64,000 nt of DNA from Negaprion brevirostris (GCA_030324005.1 JARDVH010000121.1:9737539-9801538), one strand, 5' to 3'; shown: positions 13,190 through 28,044, numbered from the stretch's first letter. A program made the numbers and translations. Notes: generated from the sequence alone by a model not told the origin.

Positions 13190-14095
13190 ATCGGGGTGCA
13201 CGGGGTCTTTGGTTTAGCTGTCTGCTATGCCAAGGAGTAGGGAGTGTAGACAGAGTGAATGGATGTGAGACTGGTTTCGTGATGGACAGAGCCTCATTCA
13301 CAAATGCTTGTACTTTTTTGCGAACTCAGGCAGACCATGATAAAAACAGAAAGACTGTTCTCTTTTTTTTACCCCATGGTGCATCTGTAAACTGAGAGTC
13401 GTAGCTGACAAGCCAAATGTTCTTAGACTCCTGCGAACTTAGAGGCGTGGTGGGCTTTCTTATCTATAACGTCGTCATCGAGGGTCCACGACAGAATGTT
13501 GGTAACTCAGATACCTCGAAACCTGACGTTCAACACCAGTTCCTATTCATCGGCGTTGATGTAGATATAGGTGTGTTGCATCCTTGAGGAAGAGGTGACT
13601 ATTGTCGTAGCAGTTCACCAGGTAATTTTATCTTCCCTGCACTGTGTCTTCTCATTATTTGCTGGCCCAACGCAATAGTGTCATCAGCAAAGTTATAATT
13701 CCAGTTGAAGGGGGATTTCTCCACTCAGACACGGGTGCAAATGGAATAAAGTAAGGAGCTGAGGACGTAGCTTTTTGCATCACCGGTGTTGAGGATGGTC
13801 CTGGAGGAGGCGTTGTTTTATATGCTTACTGATTGTGCTTTGTGTGTTAGGAAACCTTGGAGGAAATTATAATGAGGACAGCACACGAAGCAAAGTCGTT
13901 TGATAATTAGGTTTCCAAGAATAACTGTCTTGAAGGCTGAGACGTAATCAATATACAACGGCCGATCATAAGGGTCCTTTTCATCCAAGGGATCCAGGGT
14001 TAAGTGTATGGACAAGGAGATTGTGCCTGCTGAGGGTCTGTTGTGGCGACAGAAAACTGTGGTAAATGCAGGCCATCATATATGCGGGACGTGGC
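13190..14095 (-). mobile_element. Degraded Rex1/Babar LINE reverse-transcriptase fragment
   Basis: ORF 13818-14015(-) LDEKDPYDRPLYIDYVSAFKTVI...FLTHKAQSV resembles the Rex1 motif YVRMLFIDYSSAFNTI...FLTGRPQ. Confidence 0.75.
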
Positions 14096-14144
14096 GTGGA
14101 CAGCAGATTTAATTCCCTAAACGCCAACGGTGATTTTTTTTTTT

Positions 14145-15620
14145 AAATTCATTCGTGGCATATGGGCGCCCAATGCTTGGCAGCTTTTTTTTTTTTTGCC
14201 CATCCGTAGATTCCCTTGAGAATCTACTTCTTGAGCTGCCTTCTTGAACAGCTGCAGCCTACGTTCTGTGAGTTGACCCACAATACATGTAGGGAGGGAA
14301 TTCCAGGATTTTGATCCAGCAACTGAGCAGGAACGGCGATGTTTTTTTTTCAAACTTGTATTGTGAGTAGTTTGGAGTGGAACCTGCAGGTGGTGGTGCT
14401 ACCATTTATCTACTGCACTTGTCCTTCAAGATGGAAGTGGTCGTGGGTGTTATCTAAAGATTCTTCGGTGAATTGCTGCAATGAAACTTTTAGATAACAC
14501 ACACTGCTGCTACTGAGCTTCGGTAGTGATTGACCGGATCTGTGTAAATGTTGTGCCAATCAAGCGGGCTGTTTTGACCTGGATGGTGTCAAGTTTCTTG
14601 AGTGTTTTTGAAGCTGCACCCTTCAGGCAAGCGGAAAGCATTCCATCACACTTGTGTCCTGTAGATGATGGATTGTAGTCTGGAGTTGAGTTACTTACAG
14701 CAGTGTTCATAGCCTCTGACCTGCTCTTGTAGACACTGTGTTTATGTGGTGAGTCCAGGTGAGTTTCTGGTCGATAGCAACAGCAAGGAATTTGACTATG
14801 GGGGATTCCGTGGTGGTTACTCCATTCCATGTCAACAGGCTGCTGTTAGAGTATTGCTTAATCGTGATGGTAATTGCCTCGCATTTGTGTGGCACGAAAG
14901 TTAGTTGCCAGTTGTCAGCTCAAGCCTAGGTAATGCCAAGGTGCGGTTGCTTTTGAACATCGGCTGCCTCAGTATCTGAACAAACACGAATGGTGCTGAG
15001 CATTGTGCAATCATCGGTGAACATCCCCATGTCTGACCGGAGGATCAAGCAAAGGTCACTGATGAAGCAGCTGAAGATAACTGGGCCTAGGACACCACCC
15101 TATGCGAGTCCTGGGGAGATGTCCTGGAACTGAATGACTGATCCTATACAATCAGCCTCCAACGCGCCAGATATGACTCCAACCACCGGAAAGCTTGCTC
15201 CCCGATACCCATTTGTTTCAGTTTCACTCGGTCTCTTTGATGCCAAACTCGGCTCAATGCAGCCTTGATGTCAAGGCCTGTCATTCTCACCTCTCCTCTG
15301 GAATTCAGCTTTGTGTCCATGTTTGAACCAAGGCTGTAATAATGCCAGGTGCCGAGTGACCTTGGTGAATCACTGTGCAGGTGATAGCTGAGCAGATGTG
15401 CTTGACAGCACTGTTGATGACACCTTGCATCACTTTTCTCATGATCGAGTTTCGACAGATTGTGTGAGAAATTGCCCAAGTTGGATTTGTCCTGCTGTTT
15501 ATGTACAGGAAACCTGGACAGTTTTCCACATTGGTGGGGAGATGCCAGTGTGGCAACAGTGCTGGAAGAGCTTGGCTCTTACAGGGGAGCGGCAAGTTCT
15601 GTTGTTTCAGTAATCGTGAG
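14145..15620 (-). mobile_element. Degraded L2/CR1-superfamily LINE, 3' half with RT
   Basis: Frameshifted pieces: GEVRMTGLDIKAALSRVWH..KLKQMGI..WLESYL; IDQKLTWTHHINTV; LDTIQVKTARLIG; KSWNSLP. Confidence 0.85.
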
Positions 15621-16221
15621 TCTTGCATTGGCTGAACGTTTCTTATTGCCTCCCGTATAAAGAAAAATACTGTTCAGTGTATTAATTGGTAACAAGACAG
15701 TCACTGCAAGTGGAATTAATTATCAACAGCTGTTGCCAGGTGGGGCAGCAAGTTGCCCATTTTTAAATTGAAAATACCGTAAAATCCGACGTGCTTGATC
15801 TTCTGTGTCATGTATTTCAATATAAAATCCTCCATTATGCGAATTAATGAAAATATTCAACCCTATCTTTTCAGGCAATTTGATTATTACAATATTATGT
15901 TCACTTGACATCTGTCTGAATTTCGTGCAGACACTTTGAGACTGAACTCTGATAATTATGCCGCTAACCATTCTGATTCTTAACTGGTATCTACCATGTA
16001 ATATCATTCTGATATATATAATTATTTGGCGATGCATTATCCAGACTTCACTAAGTAACACATGGGACATCGTTTTGAGATTTTTGGACAAACTCCCTTG
16101 GGAGGCGTGCATACAATCTTCGAATGAAAATTAAGCTCATTTTGTGTGAATATGACCTTATATTTCCAGTCAATGATGCTTGAAATTCAAACACTTCAGC
16201 GTTCTTTGTTCATTATTTCAG

Positions 16222-16257
16222 AGCTGAACAAATGCAAAGAAGTTTTGAAAGATTTTC
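16222..16257 (+). pseudogene. 36-nt exon copy ELNKCKEVLKDF with non-canonical donor
   Basis: cattatttcAG|agctgaacaaatgcaaagaagttttgaaagattttc|GGaagt; clearly paralogous to 36228-36263 but GT is replaced by GG. Confidence 0.7.
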
Positions 16258-17519
16258 GGAAGTGAATAAACGATTCACTTTGGCAGCTTCTGCGCTAGTC
16301 CAAAATAAAAATTCAATTCTGGTTGAACAGCAAGAGACAAGATGTCATATTTCTATTCAATTCTAAACTTCGCTGGCCCGCAATTCAATTGATGTCGATG
16401 CGGCTGAACGCGAATCTCAAAACATAAGCACCAGTATTTATATTCCAAACAAGACAGCGCTTTCGCACAAGATGTTCATGCAGCGAGGTTTATGGAAGTA
16501 ACTTTCAGCTTTTCTGTCAGCTATATTACGAGAAGCGAACAGATGCTCTGTTTTAACTGCTTATCAATATGGCATCCTTGGCTCCGAAATGTATCATTTG
16601 AACTTAAGGGCAGCAATTCTGTGTTACTGAAGAAAAACTGCAAGCCAAAGAGGACGGTACAGATGCACCATGGGGAACAAGAAAGAAAGCAGTCTTTCTG
16701 TTTTTTATCTTGGTCAGCCCGAGTCCGCAAAAAGTACAAACATTTGTGAACTAGGCTCTGTCCATCACTAATATTTTTAATCCATCCCAGTGGAATTCAA
16801 ATTTATTTTGAAAATTTGTAGCATAACTGATTCCAACATTCGTGTCGTGGAATTATCCATGTCACTTTGACTCTTTATCTTTTCAGGCACATTGATATAA
16901 TTGCAATTACATTGAGACTATTCAATATGGACAGAGGAGGGAGGCGGGGAAATAACGGGGCACGGAGGTTATGGCTAAGATACTCTGTAAGAGTGCAGGG
17001 ACGATGGGTCGTTTGGTCACAATCTGCAATGCACGACTGAGATGGATTCCATGGATGTCTTACATTTTTCCCTATAGTCAGAAGCTGAGAACAAGCTTTA
17101 TATTACTCGTCTTTTGTTGCCACCACGACACGAATTGCAAGCCGAAATTCGTAGACATTTCAACAGCCTATCAGCTCTTTTCCTGCAACTTTAGAGGAGT
17201 CAGCGTCATAATTGCAAATAAATGTTTCGTATTTTTCAAAGTGTCTGAATATGTTATACTTTGACCATTCTTTATGTCGCCAACACTTTTTACTGACACA
17301 CATACTATATTGTAAAACTGCAATAATGCGTGGTTAAAAATGTTTGTTCAGACATATGTTACGGATAATAAGGAAAACAAATGATGGATAGCGCGCATTG
17401 GTTTGCACTTGACGATAACATCTCGACAAAATTGTGAAAATACATGGAATCATTTTCTAATTTCAGTGCGATGTATCAGGGACTGTAACATGAAATTCTA
17501 CCTTATCTTTCAATTTCAG

Positions 17520-17546
17520 AGGATAAACTAACTCACGACCAGAAAG
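17520..17546 (+). CDS. 27-nt phase-1 micro-exon EDKLTHDQK
   Basis: ctttcaatttcAG|aggataaactaactcacgaccagaaag|GTacgc. Confidence 0.7.
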
Positions 17547-18399
17547 GTACGCAAATAGAAACGTTTAAATATTGAGAATTAATATTTGACGAAGAAGTGA
17601 CAATGTCACAGGTATAGTCAGCTGAAAGTCCAGTTTTTTAGGCTGTTGTTGTAACTTTAAAATCTAGCGGAAAAAAATGTTTAACTCTACCTGGAAATCA
17701 CATTTATCCAGGCAAATTTGGCTATGAAATAATAACTGCTGATGGATCCACCAGCGTATTTGTGTGATGATAAACTACGGATCTAACTTTGTTTTACCTG
17801 TACGTGACGGCAGATACGTCGTTGGACCATCAACACACTGGAATTTCCAGATTACCTATTTCATATCATGAAGACTCTCCACCAGATATGACAAAATTAA
17901 TGAACACATTCGAATAACAGGAAGTTCCTCAAGATAGTGGAAATGGCACGGAAATAACCATTAGTCACAAAGTATCCTTTCAAAGTTCTGGTCGCATGTG
18001 CAAACTAAAGGGAGCCCTCTAAAGCTCAGTCAAGCTCCAGAGTCTCGTACTCAACAAAAAAAAAATGATNNNNNNNNNNNNNNNNNNNNNNNNNNNNNNN
18101 NNNNNNNNNNNNNNNNNNNNNNNNNNNNNNNNNNNNNNNNNNNNNNNNNNNNNNNNNNNNNNNNNNNNNNNNNNNNNNNNNNNNNNNNNNNNNNNNNNNN
18201 NNNNNNNNNNNNNNNNNNNNNNNNNNNNNNNNNNNNNNNNNNNNNNNNNNNNNNNNNNNNNNNNNNNNNNNNNNNNNNNNNNNNNNNNNNNNNNNNNNNN
18301 NNNNNNNNNNNNNNNNNNNNNNNNNNNNNNNNNNNNNNNNNNNNNNNNNNNNNNNNNNNNNNNNNNNNNNNNNNNNNNNNNNNNNNNNNNNNNNNNNNN

Positions 18400-18472
18400 A
18401 AGAAGAAGAAGAAGAAGAAGAAGAAGAAGAAGAAGAAGAAGAAGAAGAAGAAGAAGAAGAAGAAGAAGAAGA
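18400..18472. repeat. (AAG)n microsatellite adjoining an assembly gap (18070-18399)
   Basis: Direct reading. Confidence 0.95.
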
Positions 18473-21400
18473 GAAACAATTTAAGTAAAACAAGCGTTTT
18501 GCCACGCGTAGCGTTCGATGGGAACAGGCATGCGCAGCCCAAAATTCCAGACTACAAAGTTTACTGCATAAAATCTCACTTTCAGTTTTGAAAACGTTCA
18601 CTGAATTTGAGGATGACCAGGATTTGTGGGTGAATATTCAATGATTCTGCACAAATAACGTCACTGCAACATGTTCGTGACAAACTTTCCTGTTATTTGT
18701 ATAATATGAAGCATCAGGCCGGTCATATAACAGTTTGCCCATACACTAAACCAATCATAGGTTCATTCCTATATCCAATTCAATATACTTCTATCTATCT
18801 ATCTATCTGTCTATGATTTGTTTATCTCGTCAATGTTCATTTATTCCATAATTCAAATTTCAGTCTCGCCACAAGAATCACTGCAAACACAATTCATCAA
18901 TTCTCTTGTTTCTGTGACAACTTCAATTAATGGATTCTGAATAATTTTGTCCGTCCTTCTATGATTGTGGTGGATGCATTTGAGTACTTTATAGTGTTAT
19001 TATCTCTTCATTTTCCACATCACAAAATATATAACGTTGTAATTTCAAGCTAATCGGTAGTACTCTAACAATATCATTGATGTGCATCTTTTTTTTTCAA
19101 CTCACCATAAAATACAACAAATTCTGCACATGGAGAGAGTTTGGATGTGGCTACTTTCGTTTTGATGCATTTTGCAGAGCAGCAAAGAAACTCAACGATG
19201 AAGGGACACACCTATAAAATAACTATACTTGCAACAGATGATTATGTATAATATTTCGCTCGAGCGGTGGGGTGCGCAAGGGATTCACTAGATAGGAGGA
19301 CAGCCTTGATTCAGGTGTTCTCTTGCTGGTGTCAAAAAGCATTCTTCTTCGTTGCAGCACTTTTTAAAGACAACATTTTGGATTTTTTTTTGGTTAGTAT
19401 TCCAATCCAACTATCCAACTATGAGTTTTTTTTTCTTCCTTTAATTTGTTTTAAATTTAAAACGTTAATTAGAAATGTTTTCCTTCTGATGGGATCACTA
19501 CATTTTTTTTTAAATGTCATTTAACTCGTAAAATATATTTGTTTCACGATAATGTAATGATACGAATTAATAAATAATTAACTCAAGGAGTTCACCGTTA
19601 CCTCGATGAAGATCTTTTTTTTTACACACGTGTGTTCATCTATGTGCAACAGCAAAACGTAAATGTTGATATGCCCATTTTGACCTCAGACGTACAGCTG
19701 GTATTCAGAAGTCACTCGGAATTAGTTACGTTCGTACTCTCTTAAAAATTAAAACACTGCATTCTATTTATTTTTTCTCCGTCTATGACTGCATGTTTCA
19801 GGGCACTTTCCGTGAGAAAAGTTAAATCCCGACTATGCCGCTCAACTATTCATAAATTGCGCCAAGTAACTTCGACCCCATAACTGCTGCTTTAGTTCAC
19901 GCACCTGTATACACATTTTCTGGTTCATCCTGAGAAAAGGTCATCCATGACGTTCCACTATGTAAACATCTCTCTTAAAAACACAGTTTTTGCTTAAGCC
20001 CACGGTTCTGTCTCGCAATAACTAATTTCTGTACGATGGCAAAAAGTCCTCTGCAGATATAAACAATGTTCATGTTGTACGTGTGTATATAAATTCCAAA
20101 CACATTTTCCTGCTTAGTGGTTTTCATTCGTGGTTTTAAAAGTGGAAGACTGCAAAGACGCTTTGAGAGATTTCGGTGACAGAAATCTGTCCTTTTTGAT
20201 GTTTTTTTTTCACAATTGTTGAGCATGATTATCACCTGGAAAGGACACGTTCAATAAGCAAATCCCATTGACAGCCCGTTCTAAACAACTGTATGTTCCG
20301 AACTGCTGATCACGTTCGAGGTAAACAATGTGCAAAAGTGGAACTGGCAGATGAAGCCATGTTAATCATTTGCTGCCTGCAATTTAATGTTATCTCCCGC
20401 ATCCAAGCATTAAACAACATTTATTGGTATGAGGGCAACGTTCAGAAACTGTACTTTTCCCGTTTGGAATTTGCTAAGCATCTTCTTCCTATTTTTTGTA
20501 GAATGGAATTCTTAGCGTTGTCCTTTCCTGTCGAATCTCAAAGGCCATGCTTGATGCATTTATTGAAGTAAGGTGACGACAAATTTTGATGATATTTGGT
20601 TTGACACCTTCATTATTGCAAACAAATTATGACGGGTGCTAGCAATGAAATCGAAACAGTTGAAGAGCATTCAAGAAATAGCTTAATTCCAGTTATAAAA
20701 CACTTGAAGATGTGGCTGGGACATTCTGTAGTATGTACTAATGCACAGTTGCGGTCTGATATTTCCCTGGAAAGCAAGTGGGTTTGACATTTTTGAACTG
20801 GAAGATTCGTGGTTTCATTGTTGAATGGAAAAATAAACGAAGGAACATTATCGTATTAACATAAAATATGTTTTCAGAGCAATTATAGTAATTTAACACG
20901 GGAACGCTACATTTTGTTACTTTAGTAATGCCAATTTCAGACCGGGGGGCCTATGCAATTCCCTTGATATTTGAGATCGTGAGTGTTTGCGATTTGTGAT
21001 TAATTTACTTTGGATACAAAACGTGTTTTGCTATTCTCGTTTCGGCATCGGGCGATGTTGGCTGCCGATTTTGGAATAAGTGTTTCAGTTAATATTTCAG
21101 TATTTTTTCTCTGCGATTTATCTTTTAAGGCAACGAAACAAGATCGGGTAATTTTATTTCTGTTTTGGATCAATCACAAATGAGTTAATATGCAGGTACA
21201 GCGACTGATTAGACGGCAGATTTAATTTAATTTTGTGATGAACGTTGAATCCAAAATGGAACATCTATTAAAGTTATGCTGTGAACTGGTGATAGAGCCG
21301 CTCATGGCTGCGTGGTCCTGTGACCTGTANNNNNNNNNNNNNNNNNNNNNNNNNNNNNNNNNNNNNNNNNNNNNNNNNNNNNNNNNNNNNNNNNNNNNNN

Positions 21401-22669
21401 NNNNNNNNNNNNNNNNNNNNNNNNNNNNNNNNNNNNNNNNNNNNNNNNNNNNNNNNNNNNNNNNNNNNNNNNNNNNNNNNNNNNNNNNNNNNNNNNNNNN
21501 NNNNNNNNNNNNNNNNNNNNNNNNNNNNNNNNNNNNNNNNNNNNNNNNNNNNNNNNNNNNNNNNNNNNNNNNNNNNNNNNNNNNNNNNNNNNNNNNNNNN
21601 NNNNNNNNNNNNNNNNNNNNNNNNNNNNNNNNNNNNNNNNNNNNNNNNNNNNNNNNNNNNNNNNNNNNNNNNNNNNNNNNNNNNNNNNNNNNNNNNNNNN
21701 NNNNNNNNNNNNNNNNNNNNNNNNNNNNNNNNNNNNNNNNNNNNNNNNNNNNNNNNNNNNNNNNNNNNNNNNNNNNNNNNNNNNNNNNNNNNNNNNNNNN
21801 NNNNNNNNNNNNNNNNNNNNNNNNNNNNNNNNNNNNNNNNNNNNNNNNNNNNNNNNNNNNNNNNNNNNNNNNNNNNNNNNNNNNNNNNNNNNNNNNNNNN
21901 NNNNNNNNNNNNNNNNNNNNNNNNNNNNNNNNNNNNNNNNNNNNNNNNNNNNNNNNNNNNNNNNNNNNNNNNNNNNNNNNCACATTTTTTTTCTGTTCCT
22001 GATAAGTATGCACCATCGTAAATTTCACCTGCCACCCCCCCCGCTCCCCTCCCCACACCACATACCGCCCTCTATAATTCATGCAATGCCCTTTGTAATT
22101 AAGTCACTAGATCAGCACAAAACACTCAATCTGTGTGATATATAATGTATAGTACACTTCAAGTATGAACGATGTGTTCTTATGTAATTTGTCAGGTCTA
22201 ATTAAATTATCCCAAATAATTCCTTAAGTCCAAAACAAGGTGACCATCTGTCTGTTGGAATCTGGGGACAATTACAGAAAGATCCTTCCCATCTGCCCAG
22301 CAGAATTTCACGGTTCGTTTTATAATAATCATCAGTGTCTATCGTTCTCAAATACATTATTTTCCGTTTTGTGCCGTGAATTCCATTTACTTTTTTGTGA
22401 ATCTGTTGATTGTCCTGAGATGTTCCTTCTCTTCATTGAATTCTGACTCACTTTGAGGCATGAGACTCTGATATATCATTCCCCATACTTATCATCAAAT
22501 CATTAAAATGTTCGACGCACAGGAAACACTCTTGACGGAAGTTCTGGAAAATAAATTTAATCTGATCACAGTCAGAGAAAATTCCATGCGCCAGTGCACA
22601 CATTTTCTTCAAACTAATAAACTTTTGAAAAAGATGTAGTTTTGAAACGAATGCAATTTATTTCAAATT

Positions 22670-23975
22670 ATTTATCCATCATTTGGAAAGATGCAGCTTA
22701 ATCTGGAATAGACAGCACGGATACGTGAAGGCTAAGAGCTGCCTCACAAATTTGATTGGATTCTTTGAGGAGGTAACTATGTGTGTAGATGAAAGTAGAG
22801 AAGTTGGTATCGTGCAAATGGATTTTAGTAAGGCATTTGATAACGTTCCTCGTGATAGGCTCATGAAGAAAGTAAGGAGGTGTGGGATAGAGGGAAATTG
22901 GGTCGATTGGATAAGTAACTGGTTATCTCATAGAAGACAGAAAGTGGTGGTGGATGGAAAATTTTCAGACTGAAGACCAGTTGTTAGCAGTGTACCACAG
23001 GGATCAATGCTGGGTCCTCTGCTATTTGTTATTTTATCAATGACTTGGAGGAGGGGGCTGAAGGGTTTGTCAGTAAATTTGCTGATGACACCAAGGTTCG
23101 TAGTAGGAGTAGTGCATGAGGTGGAGAGCTGTTGTAGGCTGCAAAGAGACATTGATAGGATGTGGAGCTGGGCAGAAAAATGACTGATGGAGTTTAACCC
23201 TGATAAGTGTGAGGTAATTAATTTTGGTAAGACAAATTTGAATATGGATTATAGGGTCAACGGCCCGATTCTGAGGAATGTGGAGGAACAGAGGGATCTT
23301 GGGGTTCCTATCCACAGATCTGTGAAGTTTGCCACTTCAGTGCATAGAGCGGTGAAGAAGGGGTACAGTGTTTTCGCGTTTATTAACAGGGACTTTGAGT
23401 TTAAGAGCCGTGGTGTTATGCTGCAACTGTACAGGACATTGGCGAGACCACAATTGGAATATTGTGTGCCGTCTGGTCACCTCACTATAAGAAGGATGTG
23501 GAAGCATTGGAGAGAGTGCAGAGGAGATTTAACAGGATAATGCCTGGTTTGGATGGTAGGTCTTATGGGGAAAGTTTGAGGGAGCTCGGGCTTTTCTCGT
23601 TAGAGCGGAGGAGAATGATATGTGATTTAATAACATAGTTATAAGATGATGAGGAGGAGCACTAGAGTGGACGTTCAGAGACTATTTCCTCGGGTGCATT
23701 TAGCTGTCACTGTAAGGTTCATTGTAGGACATATAGGAGGGAACTCGGAGATAGATTATTTACTCAGAGAGCGGTTCAGCTGTTAAATAGACTGCCTGCT
23801 GTGATAGTGGATTCGGGCACTTTAGGAACTTTCAAGCGGTTATTGGATAGGCACGTGGAGCACACCAGAATGAAAGGGAGTGGGATAGCTTGAGCTTGGT
23901 TTTAGACAAAACTTGGCACAACATCGAGGGCAGAACGGCCTGTACTGTTCTGTGGTCTGTGTTCTATGTTCTATC
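22670..23975 (+). mobile_element. 5'-truncated CR1 LINE (RT C-terminal half and 3' tail)
   Basis: QHGYVKAKSCLTNLIGFFEEVT, MDFSKAFDNVP, SVPQGS, FADDTK, MEFNPDKCEV, LYRTLARPQLEYCV; ends in ttctatg-type repeats; has stops and frameshifts. Confidence 0.92.
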
Positions 23976-26938
23976 ATGCCATTAATATCTGGACAGGACA
24001 CTTCGTGAAATCCATCTTGACCACTGCAATACCTGCGGCGGGCCAGGACAGATCACTCGATGAAATCCATCGTAACCACATCAACCATAATCCCCTCATC
24101 AATGTTCCTTGTTGCCAAATCTGAAATTCAAACAACTTGTTCAGACAGGAGTCTGACAAATCGATGCTGACTGCTCTTCATTAATTCATGTCTTTTTCAT
24201 TGACGGATTATAATCTAAATCAAAATTAATTCAAATAAATTGCTCCCCATCGATTTCACAATGAGTAGGTAGTAACGATTTGTTATATTCCTAGACCCCT
24301 ACACCCCACTCCCCCGATCACCAAACGTGTAATGTTAACTGACCTCAATTGCATTGCCGTCGTCCTTTATCTAGCATCAACTGCGGAAAGCGGATTGATC
24401 TTCTGTCTCTTCCTCCCAGCTATTCTTTAACAAAATTAATTCAATTTATACATGACTTTAACATTGTCAATAATTCCAATTAATTTAGTCATTCTTCTTT
24501 TGCTCTCTTTGTCACATTTGAAACTTCACATACCCCCTTCTTTACTCTAATGTCTGCACCCAATCTGGGTTGTGAGGACAGGCCTCGTGTGTTCAGCAGA
24601 AATATTGGGTCCAGACAAACCAATTAGAATTCGCTTTTAATTTCATTTCTTTCTGCAGTTTTTCTAAGGACTTACTATATTGATAACGTATGCTTAACAT
24701 CGCCCTTACATTTCTTTGTTAGTAAACATTCGTCCTTTCGCTTTGCTTGCCTTTTTTTTGTTTTCAATCGTACTGTTTACTAAAGTATGTCATGACATTC
24801 TGCACTATTCAAGATGTGCTGCTAGACCCAGAAACATCTTGAAATCAACGTTGATCAACGATTCCCCGCTCCGCCATTTTAGTTATAGAGAAATAACCAT
24901 TGTAGACCATTTGCAAGAAATGTTTCAAACGTACCCATTGTCCATACGTTGAATGATATAGAATCTGTTCGGAGGAGGCGTTTTTTAATTCAGACGTCAG
25001 CGTACACTTGTCGAAAATAGCAATCATAAATCATCTTTAGCATTTAAAATTTAACATTACAACTTTAATAATAACTACTTCTTGATAAAATCCAACAGCA
25101 CCCCTTCACCACCTCCCCTCCCCCCACCACATATGGCTCGCCTTACACTAACCCAAATTATTCCAGAAAATTAAAGTCAAAATCGTATTAGTTACTGTTG
25201 ATGCGTTTCAGCAAAAAAAAAGGTTGACTGTAAATTATGCTCACTCCATTCTATTAATCTTGATCACGTCAAATTTTGTTACTTAACTTCTGTCAGTATT
25301 ACCGTCCAACAGTTTTTTTTTCTGCAAGATCTATAAACTGGCACAAGAATGGGGATGAGTAAACTTTCAGCCATGATTGAATGGTGGAGAAGACTGGATG
25401 AACTCTGGGGCCTAATTCCGCTCGATGTTTTATAGTCTTATTTTCTATATTGTTTCGATGCTGGTGGTGCTCTTCTACGAGCCTTTGGGAGTGACCGTCC
25501 AGTTTCGTTTTCTCGGATCAATCGAATTGGTGTCAGTTTATAATGCCATTTGTTTATCACTTCCGGTCCCAGCTGCAATTGTTTTTTTTTTCCAAAGGAC
25601 GAATATTGGGCTAAAGATAGATAAACATGACAATTATATTGGGAAGAAAAGTAGTATGTCTCTAATCATAGACTATAGCTCTCAAGGTCTACAAGAAAGT
25701 CTTAAGAAGTATGGGCAAGGTCCCACGCATTCAAAAGAACCACACAATGCCTGCTTACCTAGCTTTAGATTTAAACAACGATTAGATTGCAATATATAGC
25801 GATGCAAACATAACATAAATTCCCTAGTAGTGGTTCTTTGCAAGCATTGTGTGTGCCACGAAATCGCAATTGACATTCAATCCCTTGCAGCTTATATAAT
25901 TATTATTCCTATATTTTTGTTCATTTGTTCAAAAATCGTTCGCAATTTCAAAAATACTGGTTAATCACAAACAGTCTCATGTAACAGAACTAGAAACTAC
26001 TTTAGGACCCGAAAGGTATAGTTCCCGTTACGCACTATCATTCCAAAAAACAATTCTTTAAACACGAACGTCATTTTTTTGTTTGCACAGGGAAAGATCC
26101 GGTGATATATAATACATTTTCCTTCGATCAATTCTGCTTCTCCATGACATAATTGGATCACGTCAGAAAAAAAATGTTTTCTCAGTTTCAAAATGTTATC
26201 CTGACACTGAACCACAAAATAAATGAAGTCATGGTTATAGAGACACAAATTACATTTATATATCCTGCTTTTAAAGGGGAATGTAACACCTAAAGGTTGT
26301 ATTTGCCACAGCTGTTGGATACGTAACATAACCCGAAGGGAAGTTGCCCAACAGTCCGAATAGAATGTCAACATTTCCTGCCATTTGGCTCCAGACTTCG
26401 CACTTATCTATCACTTCCCGAAGACTCTACTTATTCATAGCCATAACAGTGAATACAATAAGAAGAGNNNNNNNNNNNNNNNNNNNNNNAGAAGAGAATT
26501 TCCCCCAGTTGGACATGAGTTTTCTGGCATCAATTCTGTCGCTTCGTGCATACTAAGATGTTTTTGTCCTTTTTTTCGCATCACACTTGTGGGGATTGTT
26601 TTTATGATCATATCAATGAGTAAATGATTATTTTTCCTTGTATTTTTTTGTTTACCAGCTCATATTTTTTATGCGCAAGACATTTCAAGCAACTATTTAA
26701 AAAAATGTTGTTTTATGCTTAAAGCAAAACTGTTATTGACATAAAACAGACTTCCGTTCTTACAGGGTCTCTGCCCCAGAATCAGCTATTGCACGCAGAT
26801 CAGGAAACGAAAATATGTGTTCAGATTGGATTTAACACACCACATAACAAACATATCAGAAATTCAACATTATTGAAATATCCTACCGTGTACTCAAATG
26901 TTTGGTTCGTACTAATTTGCTTTACTGCATTTCAACAG

Positions 26939-26968
26939 AAAAAAGGCAAATGCAAAGCAAAAGAGATG
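26939..26968 (+). CDS. 30-nt variant of the 27-nt class, EKRQMQSKRD
   Basis: Branch point actaat, then ttgctttactgcatttcaacAG|aaaaaaggcaaatgcaaagcaaaagagatg|GTgagt. Confidence 0.7.
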
Positions 26969-27598
26969 GTGAGTCGTGACAAAATCGATGCACCACACTG
27001 GGAATAAGTCATTCAATTTGTTTTCCATGTGGATATAAATAAAATACTGTCACTTCATTTAGATTGTGGTGAGATTGATAAGCAACCGATAACTCAGCCA
27101 GGCGCGTTTAGAAACATTTTGGTTATTTTTGACATGATGCTGCAGATTTTTGACCTCAGCCTCGACGTTTGGATTAAATTGCAGAAGGGTACACTTTTCA
27201 CGGATTTTTTTTTTGGAATGCACATCTTGACGCACATGTTCAAACTTCAGAATCGATCTCCAATAACCTCTTACAGTTAGAGTAGGGGGTGTGTTTACAC
27301 TCTTGTCTCAAATCTCTTACAATGCTTACCATTACTTATGAACTACTCGAAATATTTGTTCGCAGTATCACAGAAGCATAAGTCCATCAGCCACGTCTGT
27401 GACCAGGGTTTGATTTGTATCACTGGTACTTTGAAAATTTCATTCGTAACGATATGAAGTTCTGAAAGTAGCAAACGGGTCAAAAATTTTCAGGTCTTTC
27501 GTTTGTTTACTGTTTTTTTTTCCTTTTGCACACCTTGCAATATCTAATTAAAATACTTCCCTATTAATATGCAAATACATTATCGATTTTCATTACAG

Positions 27599-27634
27599 AA
27601 CTGTTCGAATGCAGAACAGATTTGAAAGATTTGG
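27599..27634 (+). pseudogene. 36-nt exon copy ELFECRTDLKDL with non-canonical donor
   Basis: ttttcattacAG|aactgttcgaatgcagaacagatttgaaagatttgg|ATgagg; GT replaced by AT. Confidence 0.7.
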
Positions 27635-28017
27635 ATGAGGAAAAAAAATGCTTCGCAAATTCATTGTTGCATAGCAAGTGCTTATATTTCCTGGAATAGA
27701 AATGCGTTGAAATCAATTATTTCGTACAGTTCTTGTTTTATTTTTTATTTTTTCTTCACTGCTACGACTACAATTAACTGGAACCTTCGATAGGTGATAG
27801 ATACAATCAAAGGCCTTTCTGTTCTGTGGGAATTCAGGAGCCAAGTGCCAGGATATTTTGACGTTTTATTCAGACTGTTGGGCAGCTCCCCTTCGAGTTA
27901 TGTTCTGCATTCAACAGCAATGACTAATAATTGCACTCGATACCAGGGAAACTACTTAACTACTTCTGGTGATGTACTTTGGATTTCAAGCTCAACGTAA
28001 TATAATTCGCTTTACAG

Positions 28018-28044
28018 AAACAAATATGAAAGAAAATCAAGACG
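28018..28044 (+). CDS. 27-nt phase-1 micro-exon ETNMKENQD
   Basis: ttcgctttacAG|aaacaaatatgaaagaaaatcaagacg|GTatta; 383 nt after the 36-nt copy. Confidence 0.65.

Noticed and set aside
21130-21147. Possible 18-nt phase-1 exon GNETRS
   Set aside because: Too short to tell from chance and fits neither class.
17998-22082. Long ORFs with X runs and poly-K/R/S/F
   Set aside because: Artefacts of N gaps and the (AAG)n microsatellite.
24716-25799. Hydrophobic ORFs that could be transmembrane exons
   Set aside because: T-rich intronic sequence with no suitable splice boundaries.
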